This document shows, piece by piece, positions 10,055 through 20,460 of a stretch of 64,000 bases of DNA (its first letter is position 1; every line of letters starts with the position of its first letter). Both the position numbers and the translations under genes were made by a program. Source of the DNA: an uncultured Pelagibacteraceae bacterium (lineage in GTDB: Bacteria > Pseudomonadota > Alphaproteobacteria > Pelagibacterales > Pelagibacteraceae); contig CACJPL010000001.1 in assembly GCA_902595285.1 (NCBI GenBank), forward strand, positions 72,043 through 136,042, in the 5' to 3' direction. The notes below the pieces were generated by a model. That model made no database searches. It was not told the DNA's origin and saw nothing but the letters and a program-made list of their open reading frames with translations.

Positions 10055-11311
10055 CTACATGTTAGCTAAAACTGAGTCAGCTAAAGCGTTAGCAGCATCT
10101 ACAGATGACATGTCAGAGTTAAAGTGCTCTGTGATGATATCTTGTAGGGCAGCTTTCATAGTATTACCTTGAGCCATACCGTGAGCAAAACTTGGAACTA
10201 ATCCACCGCTTGCACCTGCAGTTTTAATATCTGCATTAGATGTTTTTGCGCACTTGTCAAATTCATCCATTGATACGTCTAAACGTGCCGGGATAGAACC
10301 TTTGTATAGGTTGAAAACTTTTTGAAAGTTTTTACCCATCATAAGCTTAGCTAATAACTTTTGGCCAGCTTGTTTATCTGGATCGCTAGATTTGTAAAAG
10401 ATAAAACTATCTACGTTATATAAGTATCCATTGTTTGAAGGAGTAGCAGCACAGTAGTAATCTACACCTGGAACTTTTCCAGCAGCTGTAAATTCACCTT
10501 TTGCCCAGTCACCCATAATTTGGAAACCAGCTTTTCCTTCAATAACCATACCTGTAGCAACGTTCCAGTCTCTTCCTGGGCTACCTTCATCAGTAAAACC
10601 TTGAAGTTTTCTCATTTGATCAAAAACTTTAACTGTTGTTTCACTTCTTAAACAGCTTTCTTTAAGATCTACATAACAATTTTTGTAATAGTTATTTCCT
10701 CCGATACCCATAGCAACTGCCTCAAATACTGTAGCATCTTGCCAAGCTTGACCACCATGTGCAAATGGAATGATACCAGCAGCTTGTAATTTTTCAGCAG
10801 CAGCATTTAACTCATCCCAAGTAGTTGGAACTGAAATACCGTTTGCATCAAATACAGCTTTGTTTGCCCACATCCAGTCAATTCTGTGAATGTTTACTGG
10901 AGCAGCACAATAAGGTCCGCTATTATTTTCACACTTGTGAATTGCTGCAATCATTGGATCTAATAAATTGTCCCAACCCTCTGATTTAGCAACTTCATCA
11001 ATGTTATATGGAGCTACAACACCTTCTTGGTCATACTCTTGAATAGTAGGTCCTTTAATTTGAGATGCAGATGGAGGATCTCCAGCAACGATTCTTGCTT
11101 TTAATGCAACGTTAGCAGCGTCTCCACCACCACCTGTTACAGGCATGTCCATCCATTCACCACCGTTTGCAGCAAAATCATCTTTTAAAACTTTAAGAGC
11201 AGCAGCTTCACCACCAGACGTCCACCAGTGCAATACCTCGATCTTAGGTCCTGCAATTGATGAAGTAGATGTGAACGCTAATGTAATTAAAGCGATCATT
11301 AGTTTTTTCAT
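10055..11311 (-). CDS. Sugar ABC substrate-binding protein, glucose/xylose GtsA-like
   Basis: EVLHWWTSGGEAAAL, PVNIHR, AHGGQAWQD, QIMGDWAKGEF signature of glucose-binding SBPs. Confidence 0.88.
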   Translation of the reverse strand: MKKLMIALITLAFTSTSSIAGPKIEVLHWWTSGGEAAALKVLKDDFAANGGEWMDMPVTGGGGDAANVALKARIVAGDPPSASQIKGPTIQEYDQEGVVAPYNIDEVAKSEGWDNLLDPMIAAIHKCENNSGPYCAAPVNIHRIDWMWANKAVFDANGISVPTTWDELNAAAEKLQAAGIIPFAHGGQAWQDATVFEAVAMGIGGNNYYKNCYVDLKESCLRSETTVKVFDQMRKLQGFTDEGSPGRDWNVATGMVIEGKAGFQIMGDWAKGEFTAAGKVPGVDYYCAATPSNNGYLYNVDSFIFYKSSDPDKQAGQKLLAKLMMGKNFQKVFNLYKGSIPARLDVSMDEFDKCAKTSNADIKTAGASGGLVPSFAHGMAQGNTMKAALQDIITEHFNSDMSSVDAANALADSVLANM

Positions 11312-11503
11312 ATCTTCTCTTTCTCTTTTTATTTAGTTAACTTTTTTTTTAAAAACGGAACTATAAGTAGAATAAATTCCAATTGATAACTAAAAAAACT
11401 TTATACAACTTTAAATTGTAATGAATTTTTTTCCTTATTTATCAATATTTTTTTTAATAAAAAAAAAAATATTTTTTTTTTGATTCTACTTTTAGTTGAA
11501 GTT

Positions 11504-12406
11504 TTAATATGTCGCGCTTCTTCCTAATCTAGCAGCGCCTCTAACTCCACTAGCGTCTCCGTATCTAGGTTTTAAAAAAACACCCTCGTACTCTCTTCCG
11601 ATAACAAATTTTCTAACCAATGAATCTATTTCATGCAAAAAATCAATTTCATTTGAAACTCCTCCTCCAAATATAAAAGCATCAGGATCTAAAATATTTA
11701 TAATACTTGAAAGAGACATTGCTAAATTTACTTTAAAATCATCTATAAATCTTTCAGCATCTAAATCATGTTTTCTATTTAATTCAAAAATTTCATTTGT
11801 TTTTAAATTTTTTCCATAAATCTTCTTAAATCTTTTTGCTAAACTTAATCCAGATAAAAAACTTTCAATCTCTGCTTCCCTTGCATTACTTGAGTCAAAA
11901 TTTTCTTTCTTAGCTGCAAAATATGGAATTTGGTTGTGTCCCCATTCCCCTGCTACTCCATTCGAGCCAGTAATAATTTTTTTATCTATTACTAAGCCAC
12001 CTCCAACTCCTGAGCCTAATATAATTCCATATACGATTTTATAATGTGTACCAGCTCCATCTATTGCTTCAGATAAAGCAAAACAATTTGCATCATTTTC
12101 ACAAAACACTTCTTTTCCAAGAGCTTTACGTAGATCACTTTGAAATGGTTTTTTTTCTAACCAGGTTATATTTGGAGCATTTTTTACTAATCCAGTTTGA
12201 GGAGAATGAACTCCTGGATGACAAACACCAATTGGAAGTTCTTTTTTAAACTCTTGTTCTAATTTTCTATGGATATCTCTTATCGCAGTTACAATTTGAG
12301 AGTACTCCTTTGGACACGATATTCTTGATCTGTGTTTTTCATTCCCATTCTCTTCAAGTACAACACTCTCAATTTTAGTTGCACCTACATCAATACCTAC
12401 TTGCAT
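11504..12406 (-). CDS. ROK-family sugar kinase (Mak/fructokinase-like)
   Basis: GIDVGATK, ENDANCFALSEA, AGEWGH, YGDASGVRGAA. No N-terminal HTH. Confidence 0.88.
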   Translation of the reverse strand: MQVGIDVGATKIESVVLEENGNEKHRSRISCPKEYSQIVTAIRDIHRKLEQEFKKELPIGVCHPGVHSPQTGLVKNAPNITWLEKKPFQSDLRKALGKEVFCENDANCFALSEAIDGAGTHYKIVYGIILGSGVGGGLVIDKKIITGSNGVAGEWGHNQIPYFAAKKENFDSSNAREAEIESFLSGLSLAKRFKKIYGKNLKTNEIFELNRKHDLDAERFIDDFKVNLAMSLSSIINILDPDAFIFGGGVSNEIDFLHEIDSLVRKFVIGREYEGVFLKPRYGDASGVRGAARLGRSATY

Positions 12407-12408
12407 AA

Positions 12409-13158
12409 CTAATATGTAGCTCTTCCACCACTTAAATCAAAAACTGCAGCAGTCGAAAATGAATTTTCTTCACTAGCCAACCAAGTAACTAATGATGCTA
12501 ATTCTTCAACTTTTGCAAATTTGTTTCTAGGAATTTTTGATAACATATAGTTTATATGTTGCTCTGTCATTTGATCAAAAATTCTTGTTTTGGCTGCTGC
12601 CGGTGTTACACAATTGACAGCTATATTTTTTTGGGCAAGTTCTTTACCTAGAGATTTTGTTAAACCTATAACGCCCGCCTTAGATGTGCTATATGCACTT
12701 GCATTTGGATTTCCTTCTTTCCCTGCAATAGATGCAATATTTACTATTCTTCCGTAGTCATTCTTTAACATGAAAGGAACAACTGCTTTACAGCAATAAA
12801 AAACAGAATTTAAATTTAAATTCATCACTTTTTTCCATTCATTTAATGGATATTCAGCTACAGTAGTATTCATACCCGCAATACCTGCGTTGTTAATGAA
12901 AATATCTATTTTTCCATATTTTTTTTCTACTTCTTCTAAATTTTTATTTACTATTTCAAAATTAGTTACGTCTACAATTTGATGACTTAAGTTTTCTGAT
13001 TTAACTTTATCAATCGCATCTTTGGCTGCATTTTCATCAATATCCCAAATTACGACTTTAGCTCCTGCTTCAATAAATCTTTCAGTTATTGCTAAACCAA
13101 ATCCCTGGGCTCCACCAGTAACAACTGCCACTCGATTATTTAAATCGTACTTAATCAT
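12409..13158 (-). CDS. SDR oxidoreductase (resembles 2-keto-3-deoxy sugar-acid dehydrogenases)
   Basis: TGGAQGFG, NNAG, SIAGKEGNPNASAYSTSK. Likely ATG at 13158 overlaps the tctA stop. Confidence 0.8.
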   Translation of the reverse strand: MIKYDLNNRVAVVTGGAQGFGLAITERFIEAGAKVVIWDIDENAAKDAIDKVKSENLSHQIVDVTNFEIVNKNLEEVEKKYGKIDIFINNAGIAGMNTTVAEYPLNEWKKVMNLNLNSVFYCCKAVVPFMLKNDYGRIVNIASIAGKEGNPNASAYSTSKAGVIGLTKSLGKELAQKNIAVNCVTPAAAKTRIFDQMTEQHINYMLSKIPRNKFAKVEELASLVTWLASEENSFSTAAVFDLSGGRATY

Positions 13159-14633
13159 TATTTCTTTTTTAATTTCCTCGATCTTATTAAAGGAAAAGCC
13201 AAAGCAATTAAAGACAAAATAAAGAATGTTAAAGCAATTGGTCTTGTAAAAAACATCAGCCAATTACCATCAAATATAACTAGAGATTGTCTTAAAGTTC
13301 CTTCAACTAACTCACCCAAAATTAATCCAATAATAACTGGTACTACTGAAAAGCCATATCTTCTCATAAAGAAACCTAGCACTCCAAAAAATAACATAAT
13401 CCAAACATCTATTATGGATTGATTTAAAGAATAAGTTCCACATACTGAAACTGCGAATATCATTGGCCATAAGATTTTATTAGGTACTAAAGTTATTCTT
13501 GCAAATATTTTTGCTCCAAAAAATCCAAAAATAAAAAAAAGAATATTGGCTATTAGCATGGCGCCAAAAATTCCATACAAGAAGTCTGGCTGCTCTCTAA
13601 ACAAATCTGGTCCAGGTCTAACACCATGAATAATCAATCCAGTAAGTATAACCGCTGTTGTTGCGCTACCAGGAATACCAAGCGCTAAAGTTGGAACCAT
13701 CGCGCCACCTGTTGCTGCATTATTTGCCGCTTCTGCTCCTGCAATTCCTTCTATTGATCCTTTACCAAATTCTTCTGGATTTTTTGAAAATCTCTTAGCC
13801 TCAGAATAACCAATTAAAGAAGCAACTGTTCCACCTTCTGCAGGTAGTACTCCAATAAATGATCCGATCCCACTTGATCGTAATATTGTTTTCCATGTTT
13901 TTTTATAATCATCTTTGCTTGGTAATTTAATTGCTTTTAAAGCAATCCGGTTAAATATTTGATTTATCAAAGTTGATTGTGTTAACATCTCACTCATTGC
14001 AAAAAGTCCAACTACTACTGGTATAAATCCTATTCCTTCAGTTAATTCATTGATCCCAAATGTAAAACGATCAATTGAAGTCATAAAATCTTTACCAACT
14101 GTAGAAATCAATATTCCAAATGCACCTGCGATTAAATTTTTAATTGGACTACCCTCACCTATTGAAGCAAGCATTGTTAAACCAAATATTGCTAATGCAA
14201 AATATTCTGGCTGACCAAACTCATAAGCAAGTTGCGCTAATATAGGGGCAAAGAAAACTAATATAACGACACTGAAAATACCTCCAACTGTACTTGATAC
14301 AGTTGCCATCCCTAAAGCCCTACCTGCTTCACCTTTTTGTGCTAAAGGATAGCCATCTAAACAAGTTGCAGCAGCCGCTGGAGTTCCTGGTGTGTTAATT
14401 AATACAGCTGTTATTGCGCCACCATAAGTTCCGGCACAATAGATAGAAGTTAATAAAACAATTGCAGATAATGGATCAAGTGTCATTGTAAAAGGCAAGA
14501 TTAATGCCCCACCTGTTGTTGGTCCTAACCCAGGTAACACTCCTAATATCAAACCAAATAAAGTTCCAAAAAATAAAATTAACAATAGTTTAGAACTAAA
14601 AAGTGGTGCCAGCATTAAAAGAAAATTATCCAT
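13158..14633 (-). CDS. tctA: Tripartite tricarboxylate transporter large permease
   Basis: [34 protein letters not shown] motifs. Confidence 0.93.
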   Translation of the reverse strand: MDNFLLMLAPLFSSKLLLILFFGTLFGLILGVLPGLGPTTGGALILPFTMTLDPLSAIVLLTSIYCAGTYGGAITAVLINTPGTPAAAATCLDGYPLAQKGEAGRALGMATVSSTVGGIFSVVILVFFAPILAQLAYEFGQPEYFALAIFGLTMLASIGEGSPIKNLIAGAFGILISTVGKDFMTSIDRFTFGINELTEGIGFIPVVVGLFAMSEMLTQSTLINQIFNRIALKAIKLPSKDDYKKTWKTILRSSGIGSFIGVLPAEGGTVASLIGYSEAKRFSKNPEEFGKGSIEGIAGAEAANNAATGGAMVPTLALGIPGSATTAVILTGLIIHGVRPGPDLFREQPDFLYGIFGAMLIANILFFIFGFFGAKIFARITLVPNKILWPMIFAVSVCGTYSLNQSIIDVWIMLFFGVLGFFMRRYGFSVVPVIIGLILGELVEGTLRQSLVIFDGNWLMFFTRPIALTFFILSLIALAFPLIRSRKLKKK

Positions 14634-15140
14634 CTAGCTATAATAAATGTTGGTAATTATTCCTGGAGGAAATCTTAAACCTAAAATTGTCTCAAAAAAA
14701 ACAAAAACAATGATTGGAAAAATAATTCCAACCAATAATAAATAAAATAATCTTTTTTCACCCCAATAATAAGCTACAAAAATTGATAGGGCTGATATGG
14801 CTAAAAAGAAATCTAAAGCATTGGAAACTATTACAAACATAATAAAACTAAACAATGTTAAGAAAAATGATCTAGGTAATTTTTTTTCAATTTTCCAAGG
14901 ATTTTTAGTTGCTAAATAATAGACAATTAATGTCATAGCAATTATCAAAATTAATAATGCTTTTGGAAATGTTGCTGGCTGAATTCCTCTATTTAAAATT
15001 GGAGGAACTATATCAAACGTAAAAGTTGTGAGTAATAGAATTAACGATATAAAAATAATTATAAACGAAACCTTAAATTCATCTTTAAAAAAAAAGGGCA
15101 AACTTTTATTTGCCCTTTTTGATTTTTGTACATTTTTCAT
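14634..15140 (-). CDS. tctB: TTT small permease
   Basis: 4 TM helices, PATFP, C-terminal LRFPPG; lies between tctA and tctC. Confidence 0.85.
   Translation of the reverse strand: MKNVQKSKRANKSLPFFFKDEFKVSFIIIFISLILLLTTFTFDIVPPILNRGIQPATFPKALLILIIAMTLIVYYLATKNPWKIEKKLPRSFFLTLFSFIMFVIVSNALDFFLAISALSIFVAYYWGEKRLFYLLLVGIIFPIIVFVFFETILGLRFPPGIITNIYYS
15087..15120 (-). terminator. Terminator-like hairpin inside the tctB 5' coding region
   Basis: Minus strand AAAAAGGGCAAA-taaaag-TTTGCCC-T9. Confidence 0.65.
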
Positions 15141-15162
15141 ATCAAATGTACTTTTAATTAGA

Positions 15163-16137
15163 TTAATTAATGTAACCTAAAGCTTTAAGCTGAGCAGTCA
15201 TTTCTGTAAGCATTTCTTCCATTTGCTTACCCCACTCATCTGCACCAACTACACTTGTCTCATCAAGACCAATTTCTGTTAAGAAATTTTTGTAGTAGTT
15301 GTGGCTCATAGCTTTCATCATTCCAGCTTCTAATTGTTTTACTCTGTCTGCTGGAGCACCCTTTTTAGTTACAAATCCTCTAACAGTAGATAAAGAAACA
15401 GGTATTCCTAATTCTTTAGCTGTTGGAGAATCTCCAATTTTAGCCATTCTTTCATTTGCTAATACAACTGATACACAAAGTTTGCCTTCATTAATTTCAG
15501 TTAATGCTTCACCTAAGTTTAAAACACCCACATCAATATCTCCTTTGATAAGGTTAGTTTTAATTGGTGCAACACCTTTGTATGCAACAATAGTTGGATC
15601 TTTTAATCCACCTTTTTTTGTAAATGCGATTGCACTAACATCATCAATACCACCAGTATGAGTAGTTCCGTATTTTAGTGATTTTGATTTTTGTGTACTA
15701 ATAAACTTTTTAGCATCTTTGATGTCTGCTTTGCAATTAACAACAAACAATTGAGGATCATCAGTTCCTCTAGCAAGTGGTTGCATATCACTTAACTTAA
15801 CTTTAGTTTTACCTAAAGCCATAGATACAGCATGACCTGTAGTCCAAGTTAAAGTGTGATTTCCATCGGCTGGTAAAGACATCATGTAATCCATAGATGT
15901 TGCTCCTCCACCACCTTTTTTGTTTACTAATTGCATATCCTGCTTAAGGACTCTTCTTGCTCTTAATAACATCATTCTAGTAGTAACGTCAGTTCCACCA
16001 CCAAATCCAGCGTGAGTAATTGCTTGTATTGGATGACCATCAGCTTTAGCTGATGTGATCATTAATGGAAGAGCTACAACAAAAAATTCAGTTACTAGAA
16101 AAGCAGCTGCTAAAAATAGTTTAAAGCTTTTTTTCAT
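15163..16137 (-). CDS. tctC: TTT substrate-binding protein (Bug/TctC)
   Basis: Signal peptide, GFGGGTD, VNKKGGGG, PADG, PTAKELG. Confidence 0.9.
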   Translation of the reverse strand: MKKSFKLFLAAAFLVTEFFVVALPLMITSAKADGHPIQAITHAGFGGGTDVTTRMMLLRARRVLKQDMQLVNKKGGGGATSMDYMMSLPADGNHTLTWTTGHAVSMALGKTKVKLSDMQPLARGTDDPQLFVVNCKADIKDAKKFISTQKSKSLKYGTTHTGGIDDVSAIAFTKKGGLKDPTIVAYKGVAPIKTNLIKGDIDVGVLNLGEALTEINEGKLCVSVVLANERMAKIGDSPTAKELGIPVSLSTVRGFVTKKGAPADRVKQLEAGMMKAMSHNYYKNFLTEIGLDETSVVGADEWGKQMEEMLTEMTAQLKALGYIN

Positions 16138-16206
16138 TATTTCCCTCTTTAGTTAATTTATATTTAATAATTTAAACATAATCTGCTACAAGACGTAAAG
16201 AAAAAA

Positions 16207-17202
16207 ATGATTGAAAATAAATCTAACATTGCTCTTCTACTTGGTGATCCAGCAGGGATTGGACCAGAGTTAATTTCAAAGCTTTTAAATGATGAGATGA
16301 CAAAAAAAGCAAACATTGTCATAATTGGTGAAAAGCAAGTATTTGAAAGTGGGAATAGTATTACAGGAATTTCTCATAATATAGATGTTGTAGAAAATTT
16401 TGATGAAGTGAATTTTGATAAAGCAAATAGATTTTTATTAGATATTTCTAAAGGAAAAAATCATAAATATAAATTAGCTGAACCATCAAAAGAATCTGGT
16501 GAAAGTGTATTGGAAGCTTTAGATTTAGCATTGACACTCGCAAAAGAAAAAAAAATTGATGCAATTAATTTTGCACCCATGAATAAAACAAGTTTAAAAC
16601 TTGGAGGAAATAAACATTCAGATGAATTACAACTTATGGCTGAGAAACTTGAGGTAAATAGTTTTTGTTGTGAATTTAATGTCATAGATAATTTTTGGAC
16701 AGCAAGAGTAACATCTCATATTCCAATAAAAGAAGTTGCTCAACATATAACAAAAGAAAATATCATGAAGCCAATAAAACTTATAAATGAAGTTATGGAG
16801 TTAAATGGTGTAAAAAATCCTCGAATTGCTATTCAGGCACTTAATCCTCACGCAGAGTTTGGTTCAGAAGAAAAAGACGAAATCATTCCTGCAATTGAGG
16901 AAGCAAAAAAACTTGGTTACAACGTTGATGGGCCATTGCCATGCGATACCTCATTTGTTGTAGCCTACAAAAATAAAAACCATGATTGTATGGTTGGCAT
17001 GTATCATGACGCGTTACAATCTGGTCTTAAAGCATTTGGTTTCGATAGAGGAGTAACAGTTCAGGGTGGATTAACTGTGCCAGTAACTACTACTGCACAT
17101 GGATCAGCATTTGCGATTGCAGGAAAAAATGAAGCTAACTTAGATCCAATTTTAAATTCTTTTAAAATTGCTTTATCGATGTCGCAAAGTAAAAAAAACT
17201 AA
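16207..17202 (+). CDS. PdxA-family decarboxylating dehydrogenase, divergent
   Basis: LGDPAGIGPE, TSHIP, LNPHA, GPLPCD, MYHD metal-ligand motifs. Confidence 0.85.
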   Translation: MIENKSNIALLLGDPAGIGPELISKLLNDEMTKKANIVIIGEKQVFESGNSITGISHNIDVVENFDEVNFDKANRFLLDISKGKNHKYKLAEPSKESGESVLEALDLALTLAKEKKIDAINFAPMNKTSLKLGGNKHSDELQLMAEKLEVNSFCCEFNVIDNFWTARVTSHIPIKEVAQHITKENIMKPIKLINEVMELNGVKNPRIAIQALNPHAEFGSEEKDEIIPAIEEAKKLGYNVDGPLPCDTSFVVAYKNKNHDCMVGMYHDALQSGLKAFGFDRGVTVQGGLTVPVTTTAHGSAFAIAGKNEANLDPILNSFKIALSMSQSKKN

Positions 17203-17960
17203 ATTAATCCCGCGTCTACTGTAAAGTTTTGTTTAGTACATCCTGATGAAACATCAGATGCTAAGAATAAAACCATTTTTGAAACATCGTCAGGTAATAA
17301 TTGTTTTTTTAAAGCCTGATTTTTTAATATTTCTTTTTTAAATTTTGGGTTAAGCCATAATTTGGATTGTCTAGCTGTTGCAATTGAACCAGGTGCAATT
17401 GAGTTAATTCTTATATTATGTTTTCCTAAATCTCTTGCTAAAGATCTTGTTAATCCATGAATTCCTGCTTTTGCAGTACTATATGCTGGGAACATTACTG
17501 CTCCCCTAACCCAACTGACAGACCCTAAATTTATTATTGATCCACCTTTATTTTTCACCATGCTTTTTTTAACTGATTGTATGGCAAATAAATAATGCTT
17601 TAAATTTATTGCCATTCTCTCATCCCAATATTTTTCAGTAATATTTTCTAGACTATGTCTTTGATCATTAGAGGCATTATTAATCAAAATATCAATTGGA
17701 CCGCCTTTTTTAATAATACTTAAGATTAAAGATTTGTATTTTTTAATATTTTTAATGTCACATTCCACAAAATTTGGAATTTTAAATTTTTTTTTTTTGA
17801 TTTTATTAATAGTTTTTTTGGCCTCTTTTTTATCGATATCAAAAAAATATACTTCAACTCCTTGCTCACAAAGATGTTCAACAATTGATGATCCTATACC
17901 TGAAGCTCCACCTGAAACTAAAGCTTTTTTATTTTTAAGATCAAAATATTCAGTTTTCAT
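17199..17960 (-). CDS. SDR aldose 1-dehydrogenase (XylB/sulfoquinovose dehydrogenase subfamily), paralog of 6352..7113
   Basis: SGGASGIG, NNASNDQRH, SWVRG, YSTAK, QNFTVDAG. Confidence 0.8.
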   Translation of the reverse strand: MKTEYFDLKNKKALVSGGASGIGSSIVEHLCEQGVEVYFFDIDKKEAKKTINKIKKKKFKIPNFVECDIKNIKKYKSLILSIIKKGGPIDILINNASNDQRHSLENITEKYWDERMAINLKHYLFAIQSVKKSMVKNKGGSIINLGSVSWVRGAVMFPAYSTAKAGIHGLTRSLARDLGKHNIRINSIAPGSIATARQSKLWLNPKFKKEILKNQALKKQLLPDDVSKMVLFLASDVSSGCTKQNFTVDAGLI

Positions 17961-17974
17961 TTTTGTAAATAGGA

Positions 17975-18889
17975 TTAATAATTATTTAAATCTTCCATTG
18001 ATGGCATTGAGGCTGCTGCACCTTGTTTTGTAGTTGAAATTGCTCCTACCTTATTCGCAAAAGAGAGTACTTCTTTAATATCTAAATCTTTTGATAACCC
18101 AACAGCTAAAGCACCGTTGAAAGCATCTCCTGCGCCGGTAGTATCAACGACTGGTTCTTTAAGTTTAAATGCATTCATGAAAAAATTTTCTTTATCATTT
18201 GCAAAATAGCATCCTTTTTCACCTAAAGTTATGACTATGTTTTTAATACCTTTTTTTAAAAATTCCTCTGAGGCAATTTTTATATCTTTTTCAGTTTCAA
18301 TTTTTTTATTTAAATAAAATTCAGCCTCAGTTTCATTAGGTGTAAAAAAATCAATTAATTTAAAATCATCATCATTAATTTGGCACGCAGGTGCTGGATT
18401 TAATATTGTGGTCAATTTATTTTCTTTAGCTTTCTTCAATGCATATTTCGTAACATCATATGGTGTTTCTAGTTGTGTTAAAAATATATCTGTATTTGCA
18501 ATAAAATTTAAATTTTTTTCAATATCATCATGGGTAAGGGTACCAGCGGCACCTGGTATAATATTTATTGCGTTGTCTCCTGTTTTTTCATTGACCATTA
18601 TTCCTGCAACTCCAGTTGAGTGATTTTTATCTTGAATAACAGAAGCAATATCCATGCCCAATGATTTATATAGATTTAAGGCCATCTCACCATTTTTGTC
18701 ATTACCTATTTTTGTTATAAAATTTACTTTCCCGTTTAATTTAGCTGCAGCAATTGCTTGATTTGATCCTTTTCCACCTGGCCCAACAATGTGCTGTGAA
18801 CCTAGAATTGTTTGACCTTTTTCAGGGATCGCATTAGCTATAAAGCAAAGATCTGCAACAAATACACCAAAAACTGAAATGATTTTCAT
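17975..18889 (-). CDS. rbsK: Ribokinase (PfkB family)
   Basis: GGKGSNQA, LNPAP, PNETE, DTTGAGDAFNG. Confidence 0.88.
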   Translation of the reverse strand: MKIISVFGVFVADLCFIANAIPEKGQTILGSQHIVGPGGKGSNQAIAAAKLNGKVNFITKIGNDKNGEMALNLYKSLGMDIASVIQDKNHSTGVAGIMVNEKTGDNAINIIPGAAGTLTHDDIEKNLNFIANTDIFLTQLETPYDVTKYALKKAKENKLTTILNPAPACQINDDDFKLIDFFTPNETEAEFYLNKKIETEKDIKIASEEFLKKGIKNIVITLGEKGCYFANDKENFFMNAFKLKEPVVDTTGAGDAFNGALAVGLSKDLDIKEVLSFANKVGAISTTKQGAAASMPSMEDLNNY

Positions 18890-18892
18890 TTT

Positions 18893-19354
18893 TTAAGTCC
18901 AAACGTTTCCGTCAGGTAAAATGACTCCTTTGGTGAGAATAAAACAACCAAACGGTCTTGCGTCTGTTGTAGTAACTATACAATAAGCTTTCTTTGCCTC
19001 TTGATAAAACTCTTGTCTTGAAATTGATCCCACATTCCAATTTTCTCCTGAGATTTTTTTTACAACCTCAATAAATTCTTTATGTGTTTCAGTTAACTCC
19101 TCAGGTTTATCATCTACTTCCATTCTTAAAGCTGGAGATCCTCCTTTTGAATTAATAAAACTATCAAGTGGAAAAACTGAAAGTATGGCAGAGGCAGCTT
19201 CTTTTATACCAACTCCGTCTAATCTTATTATTTTATCGTTTGAAGTATTTGCAGGAAAATTAGCATCAGCTAATATCAGTTTTTCTCCATGACCCATAGA
19301 TCTTAAATGAAAAAGTAAATCTGGGCTTAATACTGGATCAATTTTAATAAGCAT
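18893..19354 (-). CDS. RbsD/FucU-family pyranase/mutarotase
   Basis: MGHGEKLILADANFP, FPLD, ILTKGVI. Confidence 0.9.
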   Translation of the reverse strand: MLIKIDPVLSPDLLFHLRSMGHGEKLILADANFPANTSNDKIIRLDGVGIKEAASAILSVFPLDSFINSKGGSPALRMEVDDKPEELTETHKEFIEVVKKISGENWNVGSISRQEFYQEAKKAYCIVTTTDARPFGCFILTKGVILPDGNVWT

Positions 19355-19371
19355 GAATTATTATATTACAT

Positions 19372-19409
19372 AAAAAAAAAGGGTGGAATTAAATTCCACC
19401 CTTTTTTTT
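19372..19409. terminator. Bidirectional-looking intrinsic terminator after the SBP gene
   Basis: A9-GGGTGGAATT-A-AATTCCACCC-T8, a perfect inverted repeat. Confidence 0.85.
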
Positions 19410-19427
19410 AAATTATATACCTATCGA

Positions 19428-20351
19428 TTATTTAAAATCGTTAGCGTTTTCTTTTGTTACTAATTGTGTTCCTGTATCGATATTTGGATCAATACTTCCA
19501 CCATTAGCTAATTCAAGAGCATATTTAACTCCATATGCACCCATGTTATAAGAAAACTGAGCAATTGTTGCTGTCATCTCTCCTTTTAAGATACTTGTAG
19601 CTGCATCTGGAGTAGCATCAAATCCCACAACAACTACATTGTTCATATCTGCATCCTTAAGAGCTTGCATAGCACCTAAGCCCATATTATCATTTGAAGC
19701 AAATATAGCTTTGATGTTAGGATTTTTTAAAATGATTGACTCAGTTACAGATCTACCTTTTGCAGTATCCCACTCGGCAGTTTGAGTTGCAACAATATTC
19801 AACCCACAATTTTTAAAACCTTTAATAGCACCATCTCTTCTGAGTAATGCTGTTGATTGAGATTCAATACCAGTTAAAATTGCAACATCTGAACCTTTTG
19901 GAGTTTTGTCACAAATAAATTTAGCAGCTAACTCTGCACCATTCATGTTGTTCGTTCCAATAAAAGTTACTCCTTCATTAATTCCTTTTGTATCTACAAA
20001 TACAACTGGAACACCACTTTTAATCGCATCGTCCACGATTGGAGCAAAAGCATTTGGATCTCCTGGCGCTAAAGCGATAGCATCAACACCTTTTGCTAAT
20101 TGGTCTTCAACTTGGTTAATTTGAGCTTGAACATCACCTTCTTGCGGTGGTGCAACCAAAACTAAATCAACACCTAATTTTGCTGCTTCTTCTTTAGCTC
20201 CTTTTTCTACAGATGCCCAAAAAGGATTACCTGATCCAGGTCCTTTAATGCTGAATAATATTTTTTTTCCAGCAAATGCCCCTGTTGAAAAACTTGCTAA
20301 TAGAAAAACAGAAGTAATAATTACACTAATTATTTTTGTTAAGTTTTTCAT
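19428..20351 (-). CDS. RbsB-like sugar ABC substrate-binding protein
   Basis: Signal peptide, NPFW, IFASNDNMGLGA, VVGFD. Confidence 0.9.
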   Translation of the reverse strand: MKNLTKIISVIITSVFLLASFSTGAFAGKKILFSIKGPGSGNPFWASVEKGAKEEAAKLGVDLVLVAPPQEGDVQAQINQVEDQLAKGVDAIALAPGDPNAFAPIVDDAIKSGVPVVFVDTKGINEGVTFIGTNNMNGAELAAKFICDKTPKGSDVAILTGIESQSTALLRRDGAIKGFKNCGLNIVATQTAEWDTAKGRSVTESIILKNPNIKAIFASNDNMGLGAMQALKDADMNNVVVVGFDATPDAATSILKGEMTATIAQFSYNMGAYGVKYALELANGGSIDPNIDTGTQLVTKENANDFK

Positions 20352-20460
20352 ATATTTCCCCTTAGTTGTTTTTTAAAAATAAATTTAATATAAAATTTGA
20401 AATAAATTCAACTGTTAATAAGAACAGTTCTAAGTAAGATTAGAACAACTTTGACGTGTA

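Noticed and set aside
11312-11503. A/T-tract inverted repeats as ncRNA or phase-variable tract
   Set aside because: Low-complexity homopolymers only; best explained as the AT-rich promoter region of the SBP gene.
13159-13263. N-terminal extensions in the ORF track (also 7114-7143, 39181-39294, 41546-41569, 52139-52216, 21475-21501)
   Set aside because: Downstream ATGs give family-typical N-termini and avoid long overlaps with neighbouring genes.
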